From positions 18,346 to 82,345 of the forward strand of contig JAGOSV010000001.1 of the NCBI GenBank assembly GCA_018062105.1: a stretch of DNA of 64,000 nucleotides, given 5' to 3'. Origin of the DNA: Sterolibacterium sp. (lineage in GTDB: Bacteria; Pseudomonadota; Gammaproteobacteria; Burkholderiales; Rhodocyclaceae). Position numbers and translations under genes: made by a program. Shown here piece by piece: positions 1 to 10,427 of the stretch (positions are counted from its first letter, which is position 1; every line of letters begins with the position of its first letter). The notes beneath the pieces are model-generated. The model saw nothing but the letters and a program-made list of their open reading frames with translations. It was not told the origin of the DNA and made no database searches.

Positions 1-1806
1 AGCTGGCAGCAGCCGTTTTCACAAACCCTGGATGAGTCGAAGGCACCGTTTTATCGCTGGTTTGCCGATGGCCAGCTGAATATTTCCTACAACTGTCTGG
101 ATCGCAATGTCGAGGCCGGGCTGGGCGACAAGACGGCGATCATCTTCGAGGCAGATGACGGGCAGGTTACGCACCTCAGCTACCGGGCGCTGCTGGCGCG
201 CACGGCAGCATTGGCCAATGCGCTGAGTGCGCAGGGCATCGGCCTGGGTGATCGGGTCATCATTTACATGCCGATGTCCATCGAAGGCATCGTCGCCATG
301 CAGGCCTGTGCCCGCATTGGTGCCATTCATTCGGTGGTGTTCGGCGGTTTTTCGGCCAAGAGCCTGCAAGAGCGCATCCAGGATGCCCGGGCGGTGGCTG
401 TCATCACGGCGGACGAGCAATGTCGCGGTGGCAAGACGTTGCCTCTCAAGCCGGCGGTCGATGAAGGTATCCAGCTGGGGGGCTGCGACACCATCCGGCG
501 GGTCATCGTTTATCGACGCACCGGCGGGGCCTGTGCCATGCAGGCCGGGCGCGATGTCTGGTGGCACGACATCGTTGCCGGTCAGCCGGAGCAAAGCGAG
601 CCGGTCTGGGTCGGGGGCGAGCATCCACTGTTCCTTCTGTACACCTCGGGCTCGACGGGCAAACCCAAGGGTGTGCAGCATTCTTCTGCCGGTTATCTGC
701 TGCACACTGTGATGACGATGAAATGGACGTTCGACATCAAACCGGCGGATGTCTTCTGGTGCACGGCCGACATTGGCTGGGTGACGGGGCACAGCTATGT
801 GGCTTATGGCCCGCTGGCCTGCGGGGCGACCCAGGTCGTCTTTGAAGGCATTCCCACCTGGCCGGATGCCGGCCGTTTCTGGAAGATGATCCAGGATCAC
901 CGGGTGTCGATCTTCTACACGGCACCCACGGCTATCCGCTCGCTCATCAAGTCCGGCCAGGATCTGCCCGGGCAGTACGATCTTTCTTCGCTGCGCCTGT
1001 TGGGCTCCGTGGGCGAGCCGATCAATCCGGAAGCCTGGATGTGGTACTACACCACTGTGGGCGGCAGCCGCTGTCCCGTCGTCGATACCTTCTGGCAGAC
1101 CGAAACCGGGGCACATGTCATCACCCCGCTGCCCGGGGCAACTCCACTGGTTCCGGGTTCTTGTACCCTGCCGTTTCCCGGCATCGAGGTGGGCATTGCC
1201 GATGAAGCCGGGGGCGAGGTGGAATGGGGCAAGGGCGGCGCACTGGTCATCCGCAAGCCCTGGCCGGGGATGATCCGCACCATCTGGAATGACCCGGAAC
1301 GCTATGTCAAAGCCTATTTTCCGGAAGAATTTGGCGGGCGCATCTATCTGGCTGGCGACGGGGCGGTGCGTGATGCCAGAACGGGCTATTTCACCATCAT
1401 GGGGCGTATCGACGACGTGCTGAATGTTTCCGGGCACCGCATGGGGACGATGGAAATCGAGTCGGCGCTGGTGGCCAACCCGCTGGTGGCCGAGGCGGCG
1501 GTGGTGGGGCGTCCGGATGATCTGACGGGCGAGGCCATCTGCGCCTTTGTTGTTCTGAAGGGTGACCGTCCTCAAGGTGATGCGGCGCAGGCCGTGGCCG
1601 AAGAACTGCGCCAGTGGATTGGCAAGGAAATCGGTGCCATCGCCAAACCGCGTGAAATCCGTTTTGGTGACAATCTGCCCAAGACCCGCTCGGGCAAGAT
1701 CATGCGCCGCCTGCTGCGTCAGCTGGCCAAGGGTGAGGTCATCACCCAGGATGTGTCGACACTGGAAAATCCAGCCATCCTCGAACAGCTGGGGGCGGCA
1801 CGCTGA
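1..1806 (+). CDS. acs: Acetyl-CoA synthetase (AMP-forming), 5' end outside the window
   Basis: Frame is open from base 1 ([13 protein letters not shown]...). Motifs [43 protein letters not shown] and the acetylation-site motif [12 protein letters not shown]. Confidence 0.97.
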   Translation, partial: SWQQPFSQTLDESKAPFYRWFADGQLNISYNCLDRNVEAGLGDKTAIIFEADDGQVTHLSYRALLARTAALANALSAQGIGLGDRVIIYMPMSIEGIVAMQACARIGAIHSVVFGGFSAKSLQERIQDARAVAVITADEQCRGGKTLPLKPAVDEGIQLGGCDTIRRVIVYRRTGGACAMQAGRDVWWHDIVAGQPEQSEPVWVGGEHPLFLLYTSGSTGKPKGVQHSSAGYLLHTVMTMKWTFDIKPADVFWCTADIGWVTGHSYVAYGPLACGATQVVFEGIPTWPDAGRFWKMIQDHRVSIFYTAPTAIRSLIKSGQDLPGQYDLSSLRLLGSVGEPINPEAWMWYYTTVGGSRCPVVDTFWQTETGAHVITPLPGATPLVPGSCTLPFPGIEVGIADEAGGEVEWGKGGALVIRKPWPGMIRTIWNDPERYVKAYFPEEFGGRIYLAGDGAVRDARTGYFTIMGRIDDVLNVSGHRMGTMEIESALVANPLVAEAAVVGRPDDLTGEAICAFVVLKGDRPQGDAAQAVAEELRQWIGKEIGAIAKPREIRFGDNLPKTRSGKIMRRLLRQLAKGEVITQDVSTLENPAILEQLGAAR

Positions 1807-1820
1807 GCGCGATGCTCAGG

Positions 1821-2363
1821 CTACGGTGCGGGCTGCGGGCCTGAGGCGGATGCCTTGAGAACCAGCGGCAGGCCGGCGGCCACCAGCGTGACCTGATCTG
1901 CACTTTGTGCCACGCGCTGGTTCAGCCAGCCTTGAGCATCGCGAAATTGCCGCGCCAGGGCGTTGTCTGGCACGATGCCCCAGCCGACTTCATTGCTGAC
2001 CAGCAGAACCTGGCCGGGCAGAGTGGGCAAGACATCCAGTAAGGTCGCCTGCTCGGGGGACAATCCCGGCCCGAGCAGCAGGTTGGTCAGCCATAGGGTC
2101 AGGCAATCGACCAGCAGACAGCGCCCATCGGCTGCCTCCTGTTGCAGGCAGGCGGCCAGCGCCAGCGGCGCCTCGACGGTGCGCCAGTGTGCCGGGCGGC
2201 GCTGGCGATGATGGCGGATGCGCTGTGCCATTTCGTCATCCTGGGCGGTGGCAGTGGCGATGTAGACCACCTCCAGACCACTGGCCAGGGCGCGGTTTTC
2301 AGCATGACGGCTCTTGCCGGAGCGCGCACCGCCGAGAATGAGTTCGATGTAGGGATCAGGCAT
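1821..2363 (-). CDS. cobU: Bifunctional adenosylcobinamide kinase / cobinamide-phosphate guanylyltransferase (CobU/CobP)
   Basis: LILGGARSGKS P-loop, EMAQRIRHH, DCLTLWLTN, VSNEVGWGIVP, FRD. ATG at 2363 chosen; the longer ORF-track start runs through the riboswitch. Confidence 0.95.
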   Translation of the reverse strand: MPDPYIELILGGARSGKSRHAENRALASGLEVVYIATATAQDDEMAQRIRHHRQRRPAHWRTVEAPLALAACLQQEAADGRCLLVDCLTLWLTNLLLGPGLSPEQATLLDVLPTLPGQVLLVSNEVGWGIVPDNALARQFRDAQGWLNQRVAQSADQVTLVAAGLPLVLKASASGPQPAP

Positions 2364-2371
2364 CGGCACAC

Positions 2372-2377
2372 TATAAT
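2372..2377 (+). promoter_or_regulatory. Putative sigma70 -10 box (TATAAT) for the riboswitch-cobTSC transcript
   Basis: Perfect TATAAT about 8 nt before the first riboswitch stem; no convincing -35 seen. Confidence 0.5.
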
Positions 2378-2385
2378 CCACGCCG

Positions 2386-2574
2386 CGATTCGGTGGAGCA
2401 CTGGCCTGTCTGGCCGGGGCTCCTGGGAACACGGTGCGGGGCAACCCAAGTCCGTGGCGGGCCCGCCGCTGTGAGTGGGGACGAAGGCTGCCGGCGCTGT
2501 TGCAGCGCACCACTGGGGAAACCCGGGAAGGGGGAGCCGGAGAATGATCCACGAGCCAGAAGACCGACCGATCG
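2386..2574 (+). ncRNA. Cobalamin (AdoCbl) riboswitch
   Basis: B12-element signatures in order: GGGAAcacGGTG, AAgTCCG, GcccGCCgCTGTgA, CCACTGG...CCGGGAAGG, and the B12 box GAGCCAGAAGACC. P1 is cgattcggt/accgatcg. Lies directly upstream of cobT. Confidence 0.92.
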
Positions 2575-2650
2575 AATGTCAGTCACCATCGGACTGGCCA
2601 GCACCGGGTGTGGAGCCCTGGTGCCGGGCCATGACCGAGCCTGAACAGGA

Positions 2651-3742
2651 ATGAATCGGATGCATTCGGATTTTTCGGAATATCACACGACCGGCCGGGT
2701 CGAGCCACTGGATTACTCGTCGGCTGCGGCGGCGCATTATCAAACCCTCATCGACCAGAAGACCAAGCCTCCCGGCAGCCTGGGTCGGCTGGAAGCCCTG
2801 GCTTTGCAGCTGGCACTGATCCAGCAGACGGACAAGCCTGTCCTGCACGATCCGCACCTGCTGGTCTGTGCCGGTGATCATGGTGCGGCCCGGGCCGGCA
2901 TTTCGGCCTATCCGCAGGACGTGACCTGGCAGATGGTGGAAAATTTTCTCGCCGGTGGTGCTGCGATCAATGCCCTGAGCGCCGTGGCCGGTGTTCGTCT
3001 GGTCGTTGCCGATGCCGGGGTGGCGCATGATTTCGGCCCGCGCCCGGGGCTGGTCGACGCCAAGATCATGGCTACGGGAACGTGCTCCTATCTCGAAGGG
3101 CCGGCCATGACAGCCGCGCAGTGCCAGCAGGCAATGGCGCAGGGAGCGGCCGTGGTGGCGCGGCTGGCCGAAGGGGGCTGCAATGCCCTGGGCTTTGGCG
3201 AAATGGGGATCGGCAACACGGCTTCGGCTTCATTGTTGACGCATTGTCTGACTGGCCTGCCGCTGACCGAGGTGGTTGGCCGGGGGAGCGGGCTGGATGA
3301 TGCCGGGCTGGTACGCAAGCAAGCCTTGCTGGAACAGGCACTGGCCCTGTGTCCGCGGGCAGAGCGTGATGATGCGCTGGCTGTGTTGGCGCGTTTTGGC
3401 GGTTTCGAGATGGCCATGCTGACGGGTGCCATGCTCGAAGCCGCACAGCGGCGCATGGTGCTGCTGATCGACGGCTTCATCGTCACGGCTTCCCTGCTGG
3501 TGGCTCATCGCCTGCAGCCGGCCATCGCTGATTACTGCGTCTGGGCGCATTGCTCGGCGGAGCCAGGACATCGCCATCAGCTGGCCTTCATGCAGGCCAC
3601 ACCGCTGCTGTCGCTGGAACTGCGGCTGGGGGAGGGTAGTGGTGCGGCGTTGGCTTTCCCCTTGCTACGGGCGGCAACGGCCTTTCTGAATGAAATGGCC
3701 AGCTTTGCTTCGGCCGGGGTGGCAGGAAAGGTGGTTTCGTGA
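2651..3742 (+). CDS. cobT: Nicotinate-nucleotide--dimethylbenzimidazole phosphoribosyltransferase
   Basis: [44 protein letters not shown]. Confidence 0.96.
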   Translation: MNRMHSDFSEYHTTGRVEPLDYSSAAAAHYQTLIDQKTKPPGSLGRLEALALQLALIQQTDKPVLHDPHLLVCAGDHGAARAGISAYPQDVTWQMVENFLAGGAAINALSAVAGVRLVVADAGVAHDFGPRPGLVDAKIMATGTCSYLEGPAMTAAQCQQAMAQGAAVVARLAEGGCNALGFGEMGIGNTASASLLTHCLTGLPLTEVVGRGSGLDDAGLVRKQALLEQALALCPRAERDDALAVLARFGGFEMAMLTGAMLEAAQRRMVLLIDGFIVTASLLVAHRLQPAIADYCVWAHCSAEPGHRHQLAFMQATPLLSLELRLGEGSGAALAFPLLRAATAFLNEMASFASAGVAGKVVS

Positions 3743-4512
3743 ACCGTCCGCTGGAAAATTTTCTGGCAGCCATCCGTTTCTTCACTCGTCTGCCTGTCCC
3801 GGCCTGGGTCGGGCATTCCCAGGAGGGACTGGATCGGGCGGTGCGTTATTTTCCGCTGGTTGGATTGCTGGTGGGCGTGCTCGGGGCTGTCGTGACCGAA
3901 CTGGCGGCCATGGCCTTGCCGATCACCCCGGCCATCCTGCTGGGCATGCTGGCTACTTTGCTCATCACGGGTGCTTTCCATGAGGACGGCCTGGCGGATA
4001 GTTGCGATGGTCTAGGTGGGGGCTGGGGTCGGGAACAGGTGCTGACCATCATGAAGGACTCGCGCATCGGCAGCTATGGTGCCATCGGCATCGGCATGGT
4101 GCTGGCGCTCAAGTTCAGCCTGTTGCAGGAAATCGATGCCGCCGCCGAACCACCCGCACTGGCGCTGGCTCTGGTGGCCGGCCATGCCGCCTCGCGGTTC
4201 GCGCCGGTGCTGGTGATGCGCTGGCTCGATTACGCCCGTGAGAATGATGCGGTGGCCGGCAAATCCAAGCCGCTGGCGCGTAACGTGGGTGTGGTGGATC
4301 TCGTCTGGGCCGGGTTGTTTGCCTTGTTGCCAGGTGTGCTGCTGGCTCCGGCTGCGCTGCTGAGCGGCGGAGCCGGGGTGCTGCTGGTGGCCTTTCTGGC
4401 GACACGCTACTTCCGGCACCGCCTGGGCGGCTACACTGGAGACACGCTGGGGGCCACGCAACAACTAGCCGAGCTGGCTTTTTATACCGGGCTGCTGTGC
4501 GTCTCTACCTGA
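3739..4512 (+). CDS. cobS: Adenosylcobinamide-GDP ribazoletransferase (cobalamin synthase)
   Basis: [42 protein letters not shown]; hydrophobic; GTGA overlap with cobT. Confidence 0.96.
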   Translation: MNRPLENFLAAIRFFTRLPVPAWVGHSQEGLDRAVRYFPLVGLLVGVLGAVVTELAAMALPITPAILLGMLATLLITGAFHEDGLADSCDGLGGGWGREQVLTIMKDSRIGSYGAIGIGMVLALKFSLLQEIDAAAEPPALALALVAGHAASRFAPVLVMRWLDYARENDAVAGKSKPLARNVGVVDLVWAGLFALLPGVLLAPAALLSGGAGVLLVAFLATRYFRHRLGGYTGDTLGATQQLAELAFYTGLLCVST

Positions 4513-5048
4513 TCCGCCACCCGCCCCCGGCGGTGGCCGAAGGCACCTGCTATGGCCGTACAGATCTGCCCCTGGCCGGGCCGATTAATACTCTGGTAGC
4601 CAGGCTGCAGCCGCACCTGCCGGCCGGCTTGCCGCTTTACAGCAGCCCCCTGCAACGCTGCCGCCAGTTGGCCGAGGCGCTGCATCCCCGGCCGCACTAC
4701 GACCCCCGCCTGCAAGAGATGGATTTCGGCCTGTGGGAACAACAATCCTGGTCGGCCATCGACCGCCAGGCCATCGATCAGTGGGCGGCAGATCCGCTGC
4801 ATTTTTGCCCGCCCCGGGGGGAATCTGCCGCGCAACTGGTGCAGCGTGTCCGGGACTTTCTGGCGGAGCTGTGCGCCAGGGAACGATCCGGCGACTGCAT
4901 TCTCGTTACCCACGCCGGCGTCATCAAGGCATTGCAAGGACTGGTGCATCGGTTGCCCGTGCAGGCCTGGATGTCGCTGGGCTTTGATTATGGCAGCCTG
5001 ACGCTACTGGATGTGGCAGGGCTGCCTACAGTAGCTTGCCCGGATTGA
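4497..5048 (+). CDS. cobC: Alpha-ribazole phosphatase (histidine phosphatase family)
   Basis: LIRH, SSPLQRC, EMDFGLWE, GES, VTHAGVI; last gene of cobTSC. Confidence 0.88.
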   Translation: MRLYLIRHPPPAVAEGTCYGRTDLPLAGPINTLVARLQPHLPAGLPLYSSPLQRCRQLAEALHPRPHYDPRLQEMDFGLWEQQSWSAIDRQAIDQWAADPLHFCPPRGESAAQLVQRVRDFLAELCARERSGDCILVTHAGVIKALQGLVHRLPVQAWMSLGFDYGSLTLLDVAGLPTVACPD

Positions 5049-6486
5049 AGATGCCCTGCGGGTCGAGTACCTGCTTGAGGCGGTGCATCAGCTGGCTTTC
5101 CAGCGGGCTGTGGTAGCGCAGCAGTTCGTTGCGCTTGAGCTGGCCGATGCCGTGTTCGGCAGAGATGCTGCCGTCCAGTTCATGCACCAGATCATGGACG
5201 ATGCGGCTGACGGCCGAGCCGGTGGCGATGAAGGCAGCGTTGTCCTGGGCCTCTGCCTTGGAGGGGTTGTAGTGCAGGTTGCCGTCGCCGACGTGGCCGA
5301 AGCAGACGATGCGCAGGCCGTCATGCTGGCGGTGCAGGGCCTGGTCGGTACGCCGGATGAATTCCGGGATGGCGGAAAGTGGCACGGAGATGTCGTGCTT
5401 GATGCTGAGGCCGTCGATCTTCTGGGCTTCGGAGATGCTTTCGCGCAGCTTCCACAGGGCAGCGGCCTGGGCGTCGCTGTGGGCGATGACCGCCTCATGT
5501 AACCAGCCTTGTTGTTCTGCACTGGCCAGGAATTCGATCAGCGAATCACGCAGAGGGTCCGTGCCTTGCGGCCTATCCGCTTCCAGGTGGCCATCATCGA
5601 GCTGCAGCAGGATGTGCCAGTCGTATGCCGTGGCGAGTGGAGGCTGGGTGGCGGGGATGTGTTTGAGCACCAGTTCGAGGGCGGTGCGGTTGATGAGCTC
5701 GAAGGCGCTGACCCGTTCGCCGAAATGTTGTCTTAGCTGCCCCAGCAGGCTGACAGCGGCGGCCGGGTCGGGGATGGCCAGCCAGGCGGTGGCATGGCGG
5801 TGCACGGCGGGAAAGAGCTTCAGGACGGCGGCGGTGATGATCCCCAGGGTGCCCTCTGCACCGATGAAGAGATGACGCAGGCTGTAGCCGGTGTTGTCTT
5901 TGCGCAGCGCACGCAGGCCGTGCCAGACCTGGCCGTCGGCCAGCACCACTTCCAGCCCCAGGGTCAGGTCGCGCATGCTGCCGTAACGCAGGACTTGCAG
6001 GCCGCCGGCATTGGTCGATAGATTGCCGCCGATGGTGGCCGTGCCTTCGGAGGCCAGTGACAGCGGGAAGAGGCAGCCGATATCTGTAGCAGCTTGCTGG
6101 ACTTCTGCCAGGGTGCAGCCGGCTTCGGCAGTCAGGGTGTGGTTGAGGGGGTCGAGGTGACGGATGTGGTTGAGGCGGCCGGTGCTGAGAACGACTTCCG
6201 GGCGCTGTACCTGATCGGCTGCACGGGGCACAGCGCCACCGACCAGCCCGGTATTGCCGCCCTGGGGTACCAAGGTAAGGTGAGCGGCAGCACAGGTGGC
6301 AACAAGGGCAGCGACTTCGGCGGTGCTGCCTGGTCGTACGACACATAGCGCCGTGCCGTGATAGCGGCCACGCCAGTCGGTCAGGTATGGCGCGAGGTCA
6401 TGTTCGTCGGTCAATAGATGCGCCGGGCCGACGATCTGTGCCAGTTGCTCCAGCACTTTCGTGGCCGGCGCGGCTGGGTGTGGCAT
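5026..6486 (-). CDS. FAD-linked oxidase, D-2-hydroxyacid dehydrogenase-like (FAD_binding_4 plus FAD-oxidase_C)
   Basis: PQGGNTGLVGG, IGGNLSTNAGG, LRKDNTGY, GAEGTLGIIT, FGHVGDGNLH, SISAEHGIG, FNPGK. Confidence 0.9.
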   Translation of the reverse strand: MPHPAAPATKVLEQLAQIVGPAHLLTDEHDLAPYLTDWRGRYHGTALCVVRPGSTAEVAALVATCAAAHLTLVPQGGNTGLVGGAVPRAADQVQRPEVVLSTGRLNHIRHLDPLNHTLTAEAGCTLAEVQQAATDIGCLFPLSLASEGTATIGGNLSTNAGGLQVLRYGSMRDLTLGLEVVLADGQVWHGLRALRKDNTGYSLRHLFIGAEGTLGIITAAVLKLFPAVHRHATAWLAIPDPAAAVSLLGQLRQHFGERVSAFELINRTALELVLKHIPATQPPLATAYDWHILLQLDDGHLEADRPQGTDPLRDSLIEFLASAEQQGWLHEAVIAHSDAQAAALWKLRESISEAQKIDGLSIKHDISVPLSAIPEFIRRTDQALHRQHDGLRIVCFGHVGDGNLHYNPSKAEAQDNAAFIATGSAVSRIVHDLVHELDGSISAEHGIGQLKRNELLRYHSPLESQLMHRLKQVLDPQGIFNPGKLL

Positions 6487-6487
6487 G

Positions 6488-7828
6488 TCAGGGTGCCGGG
6501 GTGCTGCGGGCGCAGCGTGCATATAGGTCGTGCACGTCGCAATCGGTGATCTCGACGGTGGCAAATTCGCCTACTTCAAGGTCATGACCGTCGGTGATAT
6601 AGACCAGGCCGTCGATTTCGGGGGCATCCCCTTCGCTGCGGGCAATGGCGCCATCTTCGTCGATGTCGTCGACCAGAACTTTCATGGTGCGGCCGATCCT
6701 GCGTTCCAGGCGCTGGGTGCTGATGTCTTCCTGAAACTCCATCAGCAACTGGCGGCGCCGTTCGCGAACTTCGTCCGGCAGGGCACCGGGCAGATCATTG
6801 GCGGCGGCACCATCGACCGGGGAATAGGCGAAGGCACCCACCCGGTCGAGCTGTGCTTCTTCGAGGAAGGTCAGCAGCTCTTCGAATTCGGCTTCGGTTT
6901 CGCCCGGAAAGCCGGTGATGAAGGTGCTGCGGATCGTGATGTCCGGGCAGACTGCACGCCAGGCCTTGATGCGTTCGAGGTTGTTTTCACTGCTGGCCGG
7001 CCGCTTCATCAGCTTGAGGATACGCGGACTGGCATGCTGGAAGGGGACGTCGAGATAGGGCAGGATCTTGCCTTCCGCCATCAGCGGAATCAGCTGATCG
7101 ACGGCCGGATAGGGGTAGACGTAGTGCAGCCGCACCCAGATGCCCAGTTCCCCCAGCGCCTGGCAGAGTTCCAGCAGGCGGGTCTTGACCGGCTTGCCCC
7201 CATGAAAGCCGGTGCGGTATTTGAGATCGACCCCGTAGGCGCTGGTGTCCTGGGAGATGACCAGCAGCTCCTTGACGCCGGCCTGGGCGAGATTTTCGGC
7301 TTCCTGCAGGATGTCGCCGACCGGCCGGCTGACCAGATCGCCGCGCAGATTGGGAATGATGCAGAAACTGCAACGATGATTGCAGCCTTCGGAGATTTTC
7401 AGGTAGGCGTAATGCGGTGGTGTGAGCCGAATGCCTTGTGGGGGCACGAGGTCGATGAAGGGCTCATGCAGCGGTGGTAGCTGGGCATGCACGGCGGCCA
7501 TGACTTCCTGGGTGGCGTGCGGGCCGGTGACAGCCAGTACCTTGGGGTGCGTTTGACGCACGATGTCGCCCTTGGCACCGAGACAGCCGGTGACGATGAC
7601 CTTGCCGTTTTCGGTCAGTGCCTCACCAATGGCATCGAGTGATTCTTCCACCGCCTCGTCGATGAAGCCACAGGTGTTGACCACCACCAGATCGGCACCT
7701 TCATAAGAGCCGGAGATGCGGTAGCCTTCGGCACGCAAACGGGTCAGGATCAGCTCGGCATCCGCACTGGCCTTGGGGCAGCCAAGGGAGACGAAGCCGA
7801 CCGTCGGGTCTTTTTTCGGATGAGACAT
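6488..7828 (-). CDS. rimO: Ribosomal protein S12 methylthiotransferase
   Basis: [17 protein letters not shown], radical-SAM motif [11 protein letters not shown]-terminal TRAM domain (DAPEIDG). Confidence 0.96.
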   Translation of the reverse strand: MSHPKKDPTVGFVSLGCPKASADAELILTRLRAEGYRISGSYEGADLVVVNTCGFIDEAVEESLDAIGEALTENGKVIVTGCLGAKGDIVRQTHPKVLAVTGPHATQEVMAAVHAQLPPLHEPFIDLVPPQGIRLTPPHYAYLKISEGCNHRCSFCIIPNLRGDLVSRPVGDILQEAENLAQAGVKELLVISQDTSAYGVDLKYRTGFHGGKPVKTRLLELCQALGELGIWVRLHYVYPYPAVDQLIPLMAEGKILPYLDVPFQHASPRILKLMKRPASSENNLERIKAWRAVCPDITIRSTFITGFPGETEAEFEELLTFLEEAQLDRVGAFAYSPVDGAAANDLPGALPDEVRERRRQLLMEFQEDISTQRLERRIGRTMKVLVDDIDEDGAIARSEGDAPEIDGLVYITDGHDLEVGEFATVEITDCDVHDLYARCARSTPAP

Positions 7829-7856
7829 GGGCGCAGGAAGGGTAGGGCAGGATTGC

Positions 7857-8501
7857 TCAGGAGGCTTTTTTCTTGCCACCGGCTGATCCGCTGGCCTTGG
7901 AGGCATTGGTGGTATCAGTGGTGTCAGGGGTGGGGGCAGGGTGGGTATCAGCAGCGGAAAAGTTCGGGAAATTGAAGCCCGTGAACATGTGACGTGCCTG
8001 GCCTTGCACCTGCTCTTGCATCTGGTGGAACATCTTCTGGCTTTGATCCATGTAGGCACTCATCATGTTCTGCATGGCCGGCGCCTGAAAGTTGAGGAAC
8101 TGTGACCAGAGATCGTGATTGGCCGTCGGGCTTTCACCATACAGGGCGCGTGCCTGCTCCTTGAAGCGGGTCTGCATGTCGGTAAAAGAACGCAAATTCG
8201 ATTCGAGGTAGTGCCCCATCATGCCTTGCATGGCATTGCCATAAAAACGGATCATCTGTGCCAGCAGCTCGCTGGAGAACATGGGTGTGCCACCAGCTTC
8301 CTCTTCGAGGATGATCTGCAACAGGACGCTGCGCGTCAGGTCTTCGCCTGTCTTGGCATCGACTACCTTGAAGTCATCGAAATCCAGCACCATCTGCCGG
8401 ACATCCACCAGCGTGATGTAGGTGCTGCTGCGGGTATCGTACAGGCGACGGTTGGGGTATTTCTTGATGAGATGTGGCGCGGCCGGATCGGGTTCGCTCA
8501 T
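7857..8501 (-). CDS. phaR: Polyhydroxyalkanoate synthesis repressor
   Basis: [12 protein letters not shown]...[30 protein letters not shown]. Confidence 0.95.
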   Translation of the reverse strand: MSEPDPAAPHLIKKYPNRRLYDTRSSTYITLVDVRQMVLDFDDFKVVDAKTGEDLTRSVLLQIILEEEAGGTPMFSSELLAQMIRFYGNAMQGMMGHYLESNLRSFTDMQTRFKEQARALYGESPTANHDLWSQFLNFQAPAMQNMMSAYMDQSQKMFHQMQEQVQGQARHMFTGFNFPNFSAADTHPAPTPDTTDTTNASKASGSAGGKKKAS

Positions 8502-8593
8502 GAAACACAGCTTCCTGGAGTAAGCCCGACCTGCGGTCACCCGCCCTGACCGTGGGGTGCAGGGCGCGGAGTGTGACCATTGGCCGGGGTGGA

Positions 8594-9334
8594 TCAATAC
8601 ATGTGCAGGCCGCCGTTGATATTGAGCGTGGCACCCGTCATGTAGCCGGCCATGTCCGAGGCCAGGAAGCACACCAGATGGCCAATCTCCTCAGGCTTGC
8701 CAAAGCGTCCCATGGGGATGGTCTGTTCGATCTGGTCGCGCACGTCCTGCTTAATGGCCAGGATCATTTCGGTAGCGATGTAGCCCGGGGCGATGGCATT
8801 GACCGTCACGCCTTTCTTGATGACTTCCTGGGCAATGGCCTTGGTGAAGCCCAGCACACCGGCCTTGGCAGCCGAGTAGTTGGCCTGGCCGAACTGACCC
8901 TTGACGCCATTGACCGAGGCCATGTTGATGATGCGGCCAAAGTTGCGTGCCACCATGCCGTCGATGACCTGGCGAGTGACGTTGAACAGGCTGTCGAGGT
9001 TAGTCGACAGCACGGCGTCCCACTGTGCCTTTTCCATCTTGCGGAAGACGGAATCGCGGGTGATGCCGGCGTTATTCACCAGCACGTCGATCGGGCCGAT
9101 TTCGGCTTCGATCTTCTTGACCATGGCGGCGCAGGAATCAAAGTCGGAAACGTCGCCCTCAGCCGCGTGAACGTTGTAGCCTTCGGCACGCATCTTGGCC
9201 AGCCATTCATCCCGGGGCGGGAAGCCTGGCAGGCAGTTTGCCACGACGGTCATGCCGTCTTTTGCCAGAGCCTTGCACATGGCCGTCCCCAGCCCACCCA
9301 TGCCACCTGTCACCAACGCAATTCTTGCAGCCAC
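8594..9334 (-). CDS. phaB: Acetoacetyl-CoA reductase, second copy
   Basis: ALVTGGMGGLG, NNAGITRD, GQFGQANYSAAK, NGGLHM; GTG start preceded by AGAAGG. Confidence 0.92.
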   Translation of the reverse strand: MAARIALVTGGMGGLGTAMCKALAKDGMTVVANCLPGFPPRDEWLAKMRAEGYNVHAAEGDVSDFDSCAAMVKKIEAEIGPIDVLVNNAGITRDSVFRKMEKAQWDAVLSTNLDSLFNVTRQVIDGMVARNFGRIINMASVNGVKGQFGQANYSAAKAGVLGFTKAIAQEVIKKGVTVNAIAPGYIATEMILAIKQDVRDQIEQTIPMGRFGKPEEIGHLVCFLASDMAGYMTGATLNINGGLHMY

Positions 9335-9501
9335 TTTGAACCTTCTCTTTCTTGACAACGATAAATCTGAATTTTTGGAATTGGAATTATTGTGTTTCTG
9401 ATATTTCTGGTGTTTCTGTTCTGCCCCAGACGGCAACAGAACGTCTGTGGGGTGCGACCTGCGCTTGTGTTGTTTGGCCTGTCGCATCCCGTGCGTCCCG
9501 A

Positions 9502-10242
9502 TCAGGACATGTGTTGTCCGCCGTTGATCGAAACATTGGCACCATTGACGAATGCCGCTTCGTCCGAGGCCAGATAGGCCACCAGACCGGCCACTTCTTC
9601 CGGCTTGCCCAGGCGACCGGTCGGGATCTGCGGCAGGATCTTGGAATCCAGCACATCCTGCGGAATGGCCGTGACCATCTTGGTGCCGATGTAACCGGGC
9701 GAAATCGTGTTGATCGTTACCCCCTTCTTGGCAACTTCCAGCGCCAGCGACTTGGTGAAGCCGTGCATGCCGGCCTTGGCGGCGGCGTAGTTGGTCTGGC
9801 CGAAGGCACCTTTCTGGCCATTCACCGAGGAGATGTTGATGACGCGCCCCCAGTTGCGCTCGACCATGCCATCCATGACCTGCTTGGTCATGTTGAAGAC
9901 GGAGTCGAGGTTGGTGCGGATCACCGCATCCCAGTCGGCCTTGGTCATTTTCTTGAAGGTCATGTCGCGGGTGATACCGGCGTTATTCACCAGCACGTCG
10001 ATCGGGCCGAGATCCTTGGTGATCTGATCGACACAGACCTTGCTGGAGTCGAAATCGCTGACATCGCAGGGATAGGCCTTGAAGCCATAACCCATGTCAT
10101 TCATGTTGCGCAGCCATTCCTGCGCCTTGGTATTGCTGGGGCTGTAGGTGGTGACCACCTTGTATCCCAGTGCAGCCAGCTTGATGCAGATGGCCTCACC
10201 CAGCCCGCCCATCCCGCCTGTAACCAGAGCTACTCTTTGCAT
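9502..10242 (-). CDS. phaB: Acetoacetyl-CoA reductase
   Basis: ALVTGGMGGLG, NNAGITRD, GAFGQTNYAAAK; ATG preceded by AAGGAG. Confidence 0.94.
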   Translation of the reverse strand: MQRVALVTGGMGGLGEAICIKLAALGYKVVTTYSPSNTKAQEWLRNMNDMGYGFKAYPCDVSDFDSSKVCVDQITKDLGPIDVLVNNAGITRDMTFKKMTKADWDAVIRTNLDSVFNMTKQVMDGMVERNWGRVINISSVNGQKGAFGQTNYAAAKAGMHGFTKSLALEVAKKGVTINTISPGYIGTKMVTAIPQDVLDSKILPQIPTGRLGKPEEVAGLVAYLASDEAAFVNGANVSINGGQHMS

Positions 10243-10282
10243 GACACTGTCTCCTTGATTTTTGAATGACAACGACAACGAA

Positions 10283-10310
10283 TATCTGCTATCTGCTATC
10301 TGCTACTTGC
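10283..10310. repeat. Heptamer tandem repeat (TATCTGC)x3 plus degenerate TACTTGC
   Basis: Read directly in the phaC-phaB spacer. Confidence 0.9.
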
Positions 10311-10427
10311 AACCTGTTATCTGATACATCACGGGAATTTCTATACGCACTGCCTGTATCTCCCGATGATCCGGGCAGAAAGCCGTTCATCCGGAAGTGA
10401 ATCCGGGGAGGATACGAAGGCGGTATT

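Noticed and set aside
19-1575. 518-aa ORF antisense to acs
   Set aside because: Shadow ORF from GC-rich codon bias; the opposite strand is a clear acs.
2364-2552. N-terminal extension of the cobU ORF
   Set aside because: Runs antisense through the riboswitch; CobU similarity begins only near 2363.
5026-5048. 23-bp convergent overlap of cobC and the FAD oxidase
   Set aside because: Short 3' overlaps are common and imply no function.
6488-8501. rimO next to phaR as a novel association
   Set aside because: This adjacency is already known from other betaproteobacterial pha clusters.
9414-9452. Two overlapping, mutually exclusive hairpins between the phaB genes (possible RNA switch)
   Set aside because: Stems are short and bulged in GC-rich sequence, and no aptamer or terminator logic is visible.
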